From assembly GCF_006345805.1 (NCBI RefSeq), contig NW_021836377.1:1-24268 (forward strand): a stretch of 24,268 bases of DNA. The letters run 5' to 3'. Origin of the DNA: Octopus sinensis. Lineage: Eukaryota. Positions 1 to 8,816 of this stretch are shown here, one piece after another; position 1 is the stretch's first letter; each line of letters begins with the position of its first letter. The position numbers and the translations under genes are program-made. The notes below the pieces were generated by a model, which saw only the letters and a program-made list of their open reading frames with translations, was not told the origin of the DNA and ran no database searches.

Positions 1-790
1 GTAGAAAATTTCATTAAAAAGTATCCATTTTCTTAAGCTATGAAGCAACAAGTTGACTTGTTTTGAATTATCTGAAACTCCTCTCTCCTTCCTTTTGAAA
101 GGTTTTTCTCTATGAATTCTGGCATAATTAGAATCTTCACAATCTGAAGGGTATTTGTAGAAAACTTCATTAAAAAAATTATCCATTTTTCTGAAAGCTA
201 TGAGGCACAAAGTTGATTTGTGTAAATCATCTGAAACTCCTCTCTCCTCCCTTTTGAAAGATTTTTCTCTGCCGGTGGCACATAAAAAGCACCATCCATA
301 CATGGCCAATTTCAGCACCACCTGACTGACGTTCGTGTCGGTGACACATAAAAAGCACCAACTGATCGCTGCCAGCCACCTCTAGCCCTGTGCCGGTGGC
401 ATGTAAAAAGCACCCACTACACTCACGGAGTGGTTGGCATTAGGAAGGGCATCCAGCTGTAGAAACACTGCCAGATCAGATTGGAGCCTGGTGCAGTCTC
501 CTGGCTTCCCAAACCTCGGTCAAACCGTCCAACCCATGCTAGCATGGAAAGCTGACGTTAAATGATGATGATAAATCCTGATATGATCAGAATCTACACG
601 ATCTAAAAGGTATTTGTTGAAAATTTCATTAAAAAATATCCATTTTCCTGAACGTTATGAGTCAAGAAAGTTGACTTATGTACATTATCCAAAACTCCTC
701 TCTTCTCCTTTTTGAAATTTTGGGCATTTTTCACTATATATTCCAATATAATCAGAATCTACACCATCTGTAATGGTAGTATTATTATAC
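1..790. repeat. AT-rich tandem repeat of about 156 bp (about 3 diverged copies), interrupted by an insertion at 271-572
   Basis: The motif gt(a/t)gaaaa(t/c)ttcattaaaaa..tatccatttt...aaactcctctct restarts at 1, 157 and 616. The 157-to-616 distance (459) equals one unit plus the 302-bp insertion. Confidence 0.8.
271..572 (+). mobile_element. 3' portion of a retroposon with a (GAT)n tail (unclassified SINE or LINE 3' end)
   Basis: Contains internal gccggtggca..taaaaagcacc subrepeats and ends aacccatgctagcatggaaagctgacgttaaatgatgatgat. Antisense relatives occur at about 1695-2310 and 5210-5700. Confidence 0.75.
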
Positions 791-796
791 ACTACC

Positions 797-1018
797 ACTG
801 TTTCAATTAATTTTTAAAATAATCAAGAATTTAGTAAAATAACTTTGTCAACATTAACCCTTTTGTTACCATATTTTTGTTGTAATTTACTGCTTTTCAT
901 TCAATAAATTTGAAAATAATGTTTGTCAGTATTAGCCTTTTTGTTACCATATTTCTGTTTGAAATACTCTTTGTTTCAATTAATTTTGAAATTATTGAAG
1001 AACTTAGTAAAAAACTGT
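797..1018. repeat. AT-rich dispersed repeat with local partial duplications
   Basis: ttcaattaattt..aaaataat..gaa.ttagtaaaa recurs at about 802, 975 and 2371. ccttt(t)tgttaccatattt occurs twice (about 858 and 937). Confidence 0.55.
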
Positions 1019-1025
1019 TAATATT

Positions 1026-1372
1026 GGAGTGGCTGTGTGGTAAGTAGCTTGCTAACCAACCATGTGGTTCCGGGTTCAGTCCCACTGTGTGGCATCTTGG
1101 GCAAGTGTCTTCTGCTATAGCCCCGGGCCGACAAATACCTTGTGAGTGGATTTGGTAGACGGAAACTGAAAGAAGCCCGTCGTATATATGTTATATTATA
1201 TCTATATATATATATATATATAAAAATATGTATGTGTGTGTGTGTTTGTGTGTCTGTGTTTGTCACAACTGATGCTGGTGTGTTTACATCCCGACACTTA
1301 CGGTTCGGCAAAATGCCTTGTGAGTGGATTTGGTAGACGGAAACTGAAAGAAGCCCGTCGTATATATGTATG

Positions 1373-1419
<47 letters not shown>

Positions 1420-1628
1420 GTGTGTGTTTGTGTTTGTCCCCCTAGCATTGCTTGACAACCGATGCTGGTGTGTTTACGTCCCCGTCACTTAGCGGTTCGG
1501 CAAAAGTGACCGATAGAATAAGTACTGGGCTTACAAAAAGAATAAGTCCCGGGGTTGATTTGCTCGACTAAAGGCGGTGCTCCAGCATGGCCGCAGTCAA
1601 AATGACTGAAACAAGTAAAAGAGTAAAG
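1026..1628 (+). mobile_element. tRNA-like SINE family A (head + internal microsatellite + 3' body) with an internal tandem duplication of about 178 bp
   Basis: Head ggagtggctgtgtggtaag...ccgggttcagtcccac (A/B-box-like) and tail gactgaaacaagtaaaagag. The segment starting ccttgtgagtggatttgg is present at both 1138 and 1316. Confidence 0.85.
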
Positions 1629-1694
1629 TGAGTATTAACACTTTTTCGTATCATATTTCTTTGGTATCATGTTTCCGTTGAAGTACATTGCCTT

Positions 1695-2310
1695 CATCAT
1701 TACCATTATACGTCTGTTTTCCATGCTGGCATGGGTTGGACAGTTTGACTGAAAACAGGTTAGCTGGGGAGCTGTGCTAGTCTGATTTGGCCGGGCTTCA
1801 ATGGCTGGATCCCCTTCCTAATGCCAACCAGTCCAGGAAGGAGGAAGCACTCTGTCGGTTACGACGACGAGGCTTCCGGTTGATCCGAATCAACGGAACA
1901 GCCTGCTCGTGAAATTAACGTGCAAGTGGCTGAGCACTCCACAGACACGTGTACCCTTAACGTAGTTCTCGGAGATATTCAGCGTGACACAGAGAGTGAC
2001 AAGGCCGGCCCCTTGAAATACAGGTACAGCAGAAACAGGAAGTAAGAGTGAGAGAAAGTTGTGGTGAAAGAGTACAGCAGGGATCACCACCATCCCCTGC
2101 CGGAGCCTTGTGGAGCTTTTTAGGTGTTTTCGCTTAATAAACACTCACAACGCCCGGTCTGAGAATCGAAACTGCGATCCTATGACCGCGAGTCCGCTGC
2201 CCTAACCGCTGGGCCATTGCGCCTCCACCAACCAGTCCAAGAGTAGTGGGTGCCTATTATATGCTACTGGCATGGGTGCCAGTTCTGAAACACCAGCATT
2301 GGCCACGGCT
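1695..2310 (-). mobile_element. Antisense copy of the (GAT)n-tailed retroposon, split by a SINE insertion
   Basis: cgtctgttttccatgctggcatgggttggacag...ccttcctaatgccaacca is the reverse complement of the 271-572 family. The sequence resumes after 2227. Confidence 0.7.
1836..2227 (-). mobile_element. Full-length tRNA-derived SINE family B with a 12-bp TSD
   Basis: The minus strand starts tggaggcgcaatggcccagcggttagg (A box) ... agtttcgattctc (B box). It is flanked by ccaaccagtcca at 1824-1835 and 2228-2239. Confidence 0.9.
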
Positions 2311-2424
2311 TGATAGATCTTCTTAAGTACAGTTTATTGCCGAAGATCTCGGTCACTCGTTACTGCCCCCTTCAATTAATTTGGAAAATAATGAAAAATT
2401 TAGTAAAATAACTTTGTCAAAACT

Positions 2425-2990
2425 GGTGCATGCTGCGTGAAATGCTAAGCTGTATTTTGTCTCCGTCTTTACGCTCTGAGTTCAAATTCCACCGAGGTCG
2501 ACTTTGCCTTTCATCCTTTCGGGGGTCGATAAATTAAGTACCAGTTATGCACTGGGGTCGATATAATCGACTTAATCCATTTGTCTGTCCTTGTTTGTCC
2601 TCTCTGTGTTTAGCCCCTTGTGGTAGTAAAGAAATAGGTATTTCGTCTGCCGCTATGTTCTGAGTTCAAATTCCACCAAGTTTGACTTTGCCTTTCATCC
2701 TTTCGGGGTCGATAAATTAAGTACCAGTTATGCACTGGTGTCGATATAATCGACTTAATCCATGTGTCTGTCCTTGTTTGTTCTCTCTGTGTTTAGCCCC
2801 TTGTGGGTAGTAAAGAAATAGGTATTTCGTCTGTCGCTACGTTCTGAGTTCAAATTTCACCGAGGTTGACTTTGCCTTTCATCCTTTCGGGGTCGATTAA
2901 ATAAGTACCAGTTGTGTACTGGGGTTGATCTAATTGACTGATTCCCCTCCCCCCAAATTTCGGGCTTTGTGTCAAGAGTAGAAAAGAATT
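2425..2990 (+). mobile_element. SINE family C multimer: three head-to-tail units with a 184-bp period
   Basis: gagttcaaatt recurs at 2478, 2662 and 2846, each followed by the core ctttgcctttcatcctttcggggtcga.taaa.taagtaccag. The core resembles the conserved Meta-type SINE central domain as I recall it (unverified). Confidence 0.85.
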
Positions 2991-3196
2991 TTAAGCTGGG
3001 GTTTGGAACATAAATTAACATGAAATTTTGATGGGAAGTTTTGATTCAGATTCGTTTAAAACATGAAGTTTGTATCCTAGAATAAGGGGCTGCTTTCTGT
3101 GTAGGTTGGAATAAAAAGGGTTCATTTGTTATTTTTGTTTTTGGCTTGTTTTTAAGAATTTTTTTTTATTTGTCTTTTTGATATTTTCTTTTCCAG

Positions 3197-3291
3197 ATGA
3201 AACCTGCAGCCTCTTGGCTAAATTATGTTCTCAAGAGGAGAAAAGAGGATTTGCCATTGCCTGTCCCACCTTGACTCTCACCGAGGAACAG
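3197..3291 (+). CDS. FANCM: FANCM-like gene, third-last coding exon (95 nt; (D)ETCSLLAKLCSQEEKRGFAIACPTLTLTEEQ)
   Basis: Acceptor ttttcttttccag| and donor CAG|GTCAGT, phase 1 to phase 0. It splices in frame to 5743. The peptide resembles the recalled human FANCM segment EETADLLKELSLVEQRKNVGIHVPT. Confidence 0.8.
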
Positions 3292-3589
3292 GTCAGTCAA
3301 ACAACAATAAACACACAAAATAAAGTACATATTTTTTTATTGGTTTCAATTATTCGATTGTGGCCATGCTGGGGCACCATCTTTGAAGGTTTTTTTTTAT
3401 CTTAGTCAGTCTTTTGATTGCAGTATTTATTCTTGTCTGGTACTTACCTTAGCAATCCCTTTTTGTGGGATTGCTAGATGACAAGACTTAAAGGGACACA
3501 GTGTAGATAACCCCTGTTTTTAGACTCGTGTAAAGCACACACGCACACACATATTTGTAGATATACAATCATATTTATATATATATATA

Positions 3590-3768
3590 GGCGCAGGAGT
3601 GGCTGTGTGGTAAGTAGCTTGCTTACCAACCACATGGTTCTGGGTTCAGTCCCACTGCATGGCACCTTGGGCAAGTGTCTTCTACTATAGCCTCAGGCCA
3701 ACCAAAGCCTTGTGAGTGGATTTGGTTGACGGAAACTGAAAGAAGCCCATCGTATATATATATATGTA
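3590..3768 (+). mobile_element. SINE family A, 5' half only
   Basis: aggcgcaggagtggctgtgtgg...gaaagaagcccatcgtatata, followed by a different SINE. Confidence 0.85.
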
Positions 3769-3771
3769 TAC

Positions 3772-4095
3772 CAGTGGTTAGAGCATCGACCTTACGATCG
3801 TGAGGTTGTGAGCTCAAATCCCGGACTGGGCTGCGTGTTGTGTTCTTGAGCAAGACACTTTATTTCACGTTGCTCCAGTTCACTCAGCTGCAGAAATGAG
3901 TTGCGACGTCACAGGTGCCAAGCTGTATCGGCCCTTGCCTTTCCCTTGGACAACATCGGTGACGTGGAGAGGGGAGACCGGTATGCATGGGCGACTGCTG
4001 GTCTTCCATAAAACAACCTTGCCCAGACTTGTACCTCAGAGGGTAACTCTCTAGGTGCAAACCCATGGTCAGTGTCTGACCGAAGGGGGTCACAT
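3772..4095 (+). mobile_element. tRNA-derived SINE family D, slightly 5'-truncated
   Basis: cagtggttagagc (A box), gagctcaaatcccgg (B box), then gttgtgttcttgagcaagacactttatttcacg. Related heads or bodies occur at 6367 and 14823. Confidence 0.7.
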
Positions 4096-4172
4096 ACCAT
4101 CACCACTACTGCCCTGTTTTGGATGCTGGTGAGAGAGTAAACTGGTAGAATTGTGATATTTCTTTAAGCAAT

Positions 4173-4554
4173 AGATGCAGGAGTGGCTGTGTGGTAAGTA
4201 GCTTGCTAACCAAATGCATGGTTCTGGGTTCAGTCCCACTGCGTGGCACCTTGGGCAAGTGTCTTCTACTATAGCCTCGGGCTGACCAAAGCCTTGTGAG
4301 TGGATTTGGTAGACGGAAACTGAAAGAAGCCCGTCATATATATGTATATATATATATGTATATATATGTTTGTGTGTCTGTTTTTTCCCCCTAGCATTGC
4401 TTGACAACCGATGCCCGTGTGTTTACGTCCCTGTAACTTAGCGGTTTGGCAAAAGAGACCAATAGAATAAGTACTGGGGTCGATTTGCTCGACTAAAGGC
4501 GGTACTCCAGCATGGCCACAGTCAAATGACTGAAACAAGTAAAAGAATAAAGAG
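4173..4554 (+). mobile_element. SINE family A, near full length
   Basis: Same head, internal (AT)/(GT) tract and gactgaaacaagtaaaaga tail as 1026-1628. Confidence 0.85.
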
Positions 4555-4577
4555 TATATCTGTGTGTGCAAAGTTTG

Positions 4578-5154
4578 GGGTTAGTTAAATATGTTTGTTG
4601 TAATTTCTGGGAGGAAATTCACTGCAGTTACCATGGAGACCAAAAATTCTCTCTTAATGATAAATGGTGTAAAAATGCTGTATCTACCCAATGTTGCCCT
4701 CTATTGGGGGCAACACTGGGCAGATATTCCTTTTTGTTTCTGTGGGATGACGTCAGCAGCTGGGGAGGTGATCGGAACTTGGGGCTGACTGGAAGAGGCA
4801 GGAGTGACGCACACGCGCAGGCAGGGCAGGATTTGGCCTTTTCGATCGAGGTAGCTGAGGGAGTGAGACGCGTGAGCACTTTTCTTTGGAACTTTCCACT
4901 GTCCCCAGGGGAGCAGTACCGCCCATTTTGTGAACCACTGATTTAATGCTACAGTTTTGAATTTGCTCAGAGTTACTTCCCTTCAGTGTTTCCCTTTGAG
5001 GGAGGCTAAAGCGTCAGAAGCGCTGCATTTGGGAATCTGATACAGAGCAGCACTGGGCAGATATGGTGTTTTACACTTCTTATTAATAAAAAAAATGACT
5101 GCAGTGAATTTCCCCTCAGAAGTTCAAATATGTCACAAACATTTTAACTAATCT
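4578..5154. mobile_element. Non-autonomous TIR (foldback-like) element with a GC-rich core, located in a FANCM intron
   Basis: Imperfect inverted repeats of about 110-130 bp (ttagttaaa..atgtttgt...ttctg.g.ggaaattcactgcagt at about 4581-4705 and the reverse complement at about 5040-5151). Flanks are aaagtttg (4570-4577) and gaagtttg (5155-5162), a 7/8-identical candidate 8-bp TSD. Confidence 0.65.
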
Positions 5155-5209
5155 GAAGTTTGCTTATGCCTAAACACTGCTTGGCACTATATGCTGCTGA
5201 ATATACATA

Positions 5210-5700
5210 TTATCATTGTTTAACGTCTGCCTTCCATGCTGGCATGGGTTGGATGCTTTTTAACAGGATCCGGCCAAGTAGAAGACTGCCCCAGCCTACT
5301 GTGTCTGTTTTGGTAGGGTTTTTTATAGCTGGATGCCCTTCTTAACACCAACCACCTCACAGAGGGACTGAGTGCTTTTTACATGGCATCAGCACAGACA
5401 AGGTCAGTTTTGGCGCCCTTCCAAATGCCAACCACTTCACAGCGTGGACTGGATGCTGTTTACATGGCACCAGCACTCGCAGGGTCAATTTTGGCATGAT
5501 TTTTTACATCTGGATGCCCTTCCAAATGCCAACTACTTCACAGTGTGGACTGGATGTTTTCTACTTGGCACCAGCACCAGCAGGGTCTCCAAGTAACTTG
5601 CAAGACTAGGAATTTTGAGAGGAGAGGAGTCACTGGAGGAGAGGATCTTGTGTCAGATGATGAAAGATTGGAGTTTGACAGAGAAACAGAGAGGCAGAAA
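5210..5700 (-). mobile_element. Antisense (GAT)n-tailed retroposon copy with three internal subrepeats
   Basis: aacgtctgccttccatgctggcatgggttgga at about 5222. gcccttc..aa..ccaac.ac.tcacag...ggactg..tg recurs at about 5335, 5416 and 5516. Confidence 0.65.
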
Positions 5701-5742
5701 CATGTATAAAATGTATTTATTTTTTTTTTTTTACCTTTATAG

Positions 5743-5837
5743 AGAATAAAGTTCCTTCTGTCTCTCCCGCAACTCAACTATGCTCTCGCTTTGAATCTTT
5801 CTAAAAATTTTACATCTTTGAAACAACTGTTAACAAG
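5743..5837 (+). CDS. FANCM: FANCM-like gene, penultimate coding exon (95 nt; RIKFLLSLPQLNYALALNLSKNFTSLKQLLT(S)), first HhH motif
   Basis: Long poly-T tract then acctttatag| acceptor, and AAG|GTAAAC donor, phase 0 to phase 2. It resembles the recalled human FANCM segment ALQFYLSIPNISYITALNMCHQFSSVKRMANS. Confidence 0.85.
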
Positions 5838-6039
5838 GTAAACCATTAAAAAATTTCTTTTTTTCTAAATATTTTTTGTAACATTTTTTACATGGCTATT
5901 GTGAGTTGGTAAATCTTCGCGGGACCATTTTATTGTCTACAAAGTGTGGCTAATATGAAAAATAGACAGAAAACGGTAATGATAAGACAGTGTCTCATAC
6001 ATGCATACATAGTTAGTTAATTTTTTGGCTCAAACAGCA

Positions 6040-6335
6040 AAAAGCAAGGCCATGTAAGGGGACATGGAGTTATGTACAGGGAGGGTGTTCATGTAAAGAG
6101 TTCAGGCCATTTCTAGTCAAGAGAGACTTTGAACCGAGCTGTCGTCGGCATCTTCACTATCTCGTCCAGCAGCTTATTCCACGGATCCGCAACCCGGACG
6201 GAGAAAGCCCTTCTCCTTCGATTGAGATAAAATCGTCGCAGACAGAGCTTTTCGGAGTGACCTCGCAGCCGACGCTCTGGAGCAGGAGTGAAGAACAGCT
6301 CTTTCGAGAGGTTACACTTTCCGCTTATGATGCAT
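6040..6335 (-). mobile_element. 5'-truncated CR1-clade LINE fragment (ORF2 C-terminus + 3' UTR), a different family from the 8.8-12.1 kb element
   Basis: Encodes RLRGHSEKL...RRRAFSVRVADPWNKL.DEIV...RFKVSLD*, the RGH..KL/F..RV...WN.L C-terminal signature of CR1 ORF2. Confidence 0.85.
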
Positions 6336-6366
6336 AAGCATATATGTGTGTGCATATGTGTTATAG

Positions 6367-6460
6367 TGGAGGCGCGTGGCTTAGTGGTTAGGGTGTCAGC
6401 ATCATGATCGTAAGATTGTGGTTTCAATTCCTGAACCGGGCGAAGCGTTGTGTTCTTGGG
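6367..6460 (+). mobile_element. Truncated tRNA-derived SINE head
   Basis: tggaggcgcgtggcttagtggttagg (A box) ... ggtttcaattcctg (B box) ... gcgttgtgttcttg. Confidence 0.7.
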
Positions 6461-7165
6461 GTTGATTTAATCAATTTACCCTCTTCTCTGAAACTTCAGG
6501 CCTTGTGCCTATAGTAGAAAGGATTATTCCCATTATTATTAGTAGTATTAAGGCAGCAAGCCTTAATAATAATAATTTAATTTACGGGGTCACTAAATTA
6601 AGTATCAGTGAAATACTGGCGATTGATATAATCGACTGCCCCCCCCCCCCCTCCCTGCAGATTTCAGGCCTTGTGCCTTTAGTAGGAAGGATTATTATTA
6701 TTATTATTATTAAGGCGGCAGGCTAGCAGAATCATTATCATGCCGGGTGAAATTCTTAGCAGTACTTCTCCCGTTGCTATGTTCTGAGTTCAAATTCTGC
6801 CAAGGTCGACTTTACCTGTCATCCTTTCAGGGTCGATAAAATGAGTTCCAGTTGGAGTACTGTGGTCGATGTAATTGACTAGATAAGTACCAGTTACGCA
6901 CTGGGGTCGATATAATCGACTTAATCCATTTGTCTGTCCTTGTTTTTCTCCTCTGTGTTAGCCCCTTGTAGGTAGTAAAGAAATAGGTATTTCGTCTTCA
7001 CGTTCTGAGTTCAAATTCCACCAAGGTTGACTTTGCTGTTCATCCTTTCAGGGTCGATTAAATAAGTACCAGTTGAACACTGGGGTCGATGTAATTGACT
7101 CAGCCCCACCTCCCCCTACAATTGCTGTCCTTGTGGCAAAATTTTAAACCATTATTATTATTATT
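6461..7165 (+). mobile_element. Cluster of SINE family C copies and remnants with (ATT)n tails
   Basis: Tails aggccttgtgcct.tagtag.aaggattatt at about 6500 and 6670. Head aaggcggcaggctagcagaatc at about 6712, units at 6786 and 7007, and a final attattatt tail at about 7151. Confidence 0.8.
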
Positions 7166-7198
7166 ACATAACTAAAGTATGGTTATTGTGTTTTGCAG

Positions 7199-7295
7199 TT
7201 CTGCTGAAGAAATTTCTCAAAAGGGGAAAACATCTGCGGCCCTTGCTAACAAAATTCATGACTATATTCACCGCCAAAGCTCCAAAGATCTGTGA
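7199..7295 (+). CDS. FANCM: FANCM-like gene, terminal coding exon (SAEEISQKGKTSAALANKIHDYIHRQSSKDL*), second HhH motif
   Basis: Acceptor gtgttttgcag|. The phase-2 start matches the previous exon, and TGA at 7293-7295 is followed by TAA. It resembles the recalled human FANCM segment SLQEISMYAQVTHQKAEEIYRYIHY. Confidence 0.85.
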
Positions 7296-7340
7296 TAAAT
7301 TATAAAGGATAAAAAAGAGATATATTTTGTTATTTTTTGA

Positions 7341-7346
7341 AATAAA
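7341..7346 (+). promoter_or_regulatory. Candidate polyadenylation signal of FANCM
   Basis: AATAAA 45 nt after the stop codon, followed by a U/GU-rich tract (7350-7410). Confidence 0.55.
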
Positions 7347-7440
7347 TTATTTTATATTGTTTCTAATTTGACTTCTCTTGCTTTGTCTGTCTGTTAGTCA
7401 TTGTGTCTTTCACTCTGTCATTCACGTATGTGCTTATATA

Positions 7441-7789
7441 TGGAGGTCGTAGGATCGCGGTTTCGATTCCCAGACCGGGCGTTGTGAGTGTTTATTGAGC
7501 GAAAACACCTAAAGCTCCACGAGGCTCCGGCAGGGATGGTGGTGATCCCTGATGTACTCTTTCACCACAACTTTCTCTCACTCTTACTTCCTGTTTCTGT
7601 TGTACCTGTATTTCAAAGGGCCGGCCTTGTCACTCTCTGTGTCACGCTGAATATCCCCGAGAACTACGTTAAGGGTACACGTGTCTGTGGGGTGCTCAGC
7701 CACTTACACGTTAATTTCATGAGCAGGCTGTTCCGTTGATCAGATCAACCGGAACCCTCGTCGTCGTAACCGACGGAATGCTTCCATCC
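7441..7789 (+). mobile_element. SINE family B copy lacking 36 nt of its head, with a 13-bp TSD
   Basis: Colinear with 1836-2227 apart from the head deletion. atgtgcttatata is present at 7428-7440 and 7790-7802. Confidence 0.9.
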
Positions 7790-7819
7790 ATGTGCTTATA
7801 TATACATGATGCTAAGAGC

Positions 7820-7995
7820 ACTATCCAAGCGTGATCGTTGCCAGAGCGGCTAACTGGCTTCCGTGCCAGTGGCATGTAAGAGGCACCATTCTAGCGGGAT
7901 TGTTACCAGCATCGCCTTACTGGCACCTGTGCCGTTGGCATGTGTAAACAGGTTCGAGCGAGGTCGTTGCCAGTACCTCCTGACTGGCCCTTACC
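7820..7995 (+). repeat. Fragment of the gtgcc.gtggca subrepeat region of the 271-572 family
   Basis: gtgccagtggcatgtaagaggcacc and gtgccgttggcatgtgtaaa resemble 270-420. Confidence 0.5.
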
Positions 7996-8029
7996 AGTAA
8001 ATTTTTTGTTTTTATAATTAATTATATAT

Positions 8030-8193
8030 AAGCACAGGAGTGGCTGTGTGAAGTAGCTTGCTTACCAACCACATGGTTCCGGGTTCAGTCCCACTGCGTG
8101 GCACCTTGGGCAGGTGTCTTCTACTATAGCCTCGTCTGACCGAAGCCTTGTGAGTGGATTTGGTAGAAGCCTGTCGTATATATGTGTATATAT

Positions 8194-8246
<53 letters not shown>

Positions 8247-8437
8247 ATGTTTTTGTGTCTGTGTTTGTCCCTCTAGCATCGCTTGACAGCCGATACTGGT
8301 GTGTTCACGTCCCCGTAACTTAGCGGTTCGGCAAAAGAGACCGATAGAATAAGTACTAGGCTTACAAAGAATAAGTCCTGGGGTCGATTTGCTCGACTGA
8401 AAGGCAAATGACTGAAACCAGTAAAAGTGTAAAGAAT
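8030..8437 (+). mobile_element. SINE family A with small internal deletions
   Basis: Head, (AT)/(GT) tract and tail are present. It lacks ggtgctccagcatggccgcagtc near 8405. Confidence 0.85.
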
Positions 8438-8639
8438 AACTCGCCAGACACAATTGTGTGGTTATGGAAGTTATCCTAGAGTTGTTGCCCTTGATTATAA
8501 CAAGGTACATAACTCTGCCTGTTCCACTTTGCATCAAGTTTAAAATATTTTGAGACCTTCACGGTATAAATTAGTTTGTAATGGTGGTGGGGGTTATTGT
8601 ATGTATGTAGGGAGCGGGTGGGGAAGGCAAGAATTATTA

Positions 8640-8751
8640 GCGTATGTGTGTGTATATATGTGTATATATATATATAACTATATATATACATATATATATA
8701 TATGTATACGTATATATATGTATGTATATACATATATATATATATATAATA
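8640..8751. repeat. (AT)/(GT) microsatellite at the LINE 3' insertion site
   Basis: Visible directly in the sequence. Confidence 0.9.
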
Positions 8752-8816
8752 TAATAATAATAATAATTGTGTACAGTGCTCAGGTGCACTACAACTCATC
8801 TAAAGTGTATATATAA

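Noticed and set aside
1836-2227. tRNA genes at SINE heads (also 3772, 6367, 23909)
   Set aside because: They have A/B boxes but no complete cloverleaf or acceptor stem, and continue into repeated SINE bodies.
3178-3405. 75-aa ORF as a complete gene
   Set aside because: Only 3197-3291 lies between splice sites and resembles a known protein. The rest is intron.
4566-4946. 126-aa ORF and antisense ORFs in the GC-rich core
   Set aside because: I recognise no domain, and the ORFs start or end within the TIR sequence.
7199-7304. Second open frame in the terminal exon (LLKKFLKRGKHLRPLL...)
   Set aside because: It is incompatible with the phase of the upstream exon, I recognise no homology, and it is short enough to occur by chance.
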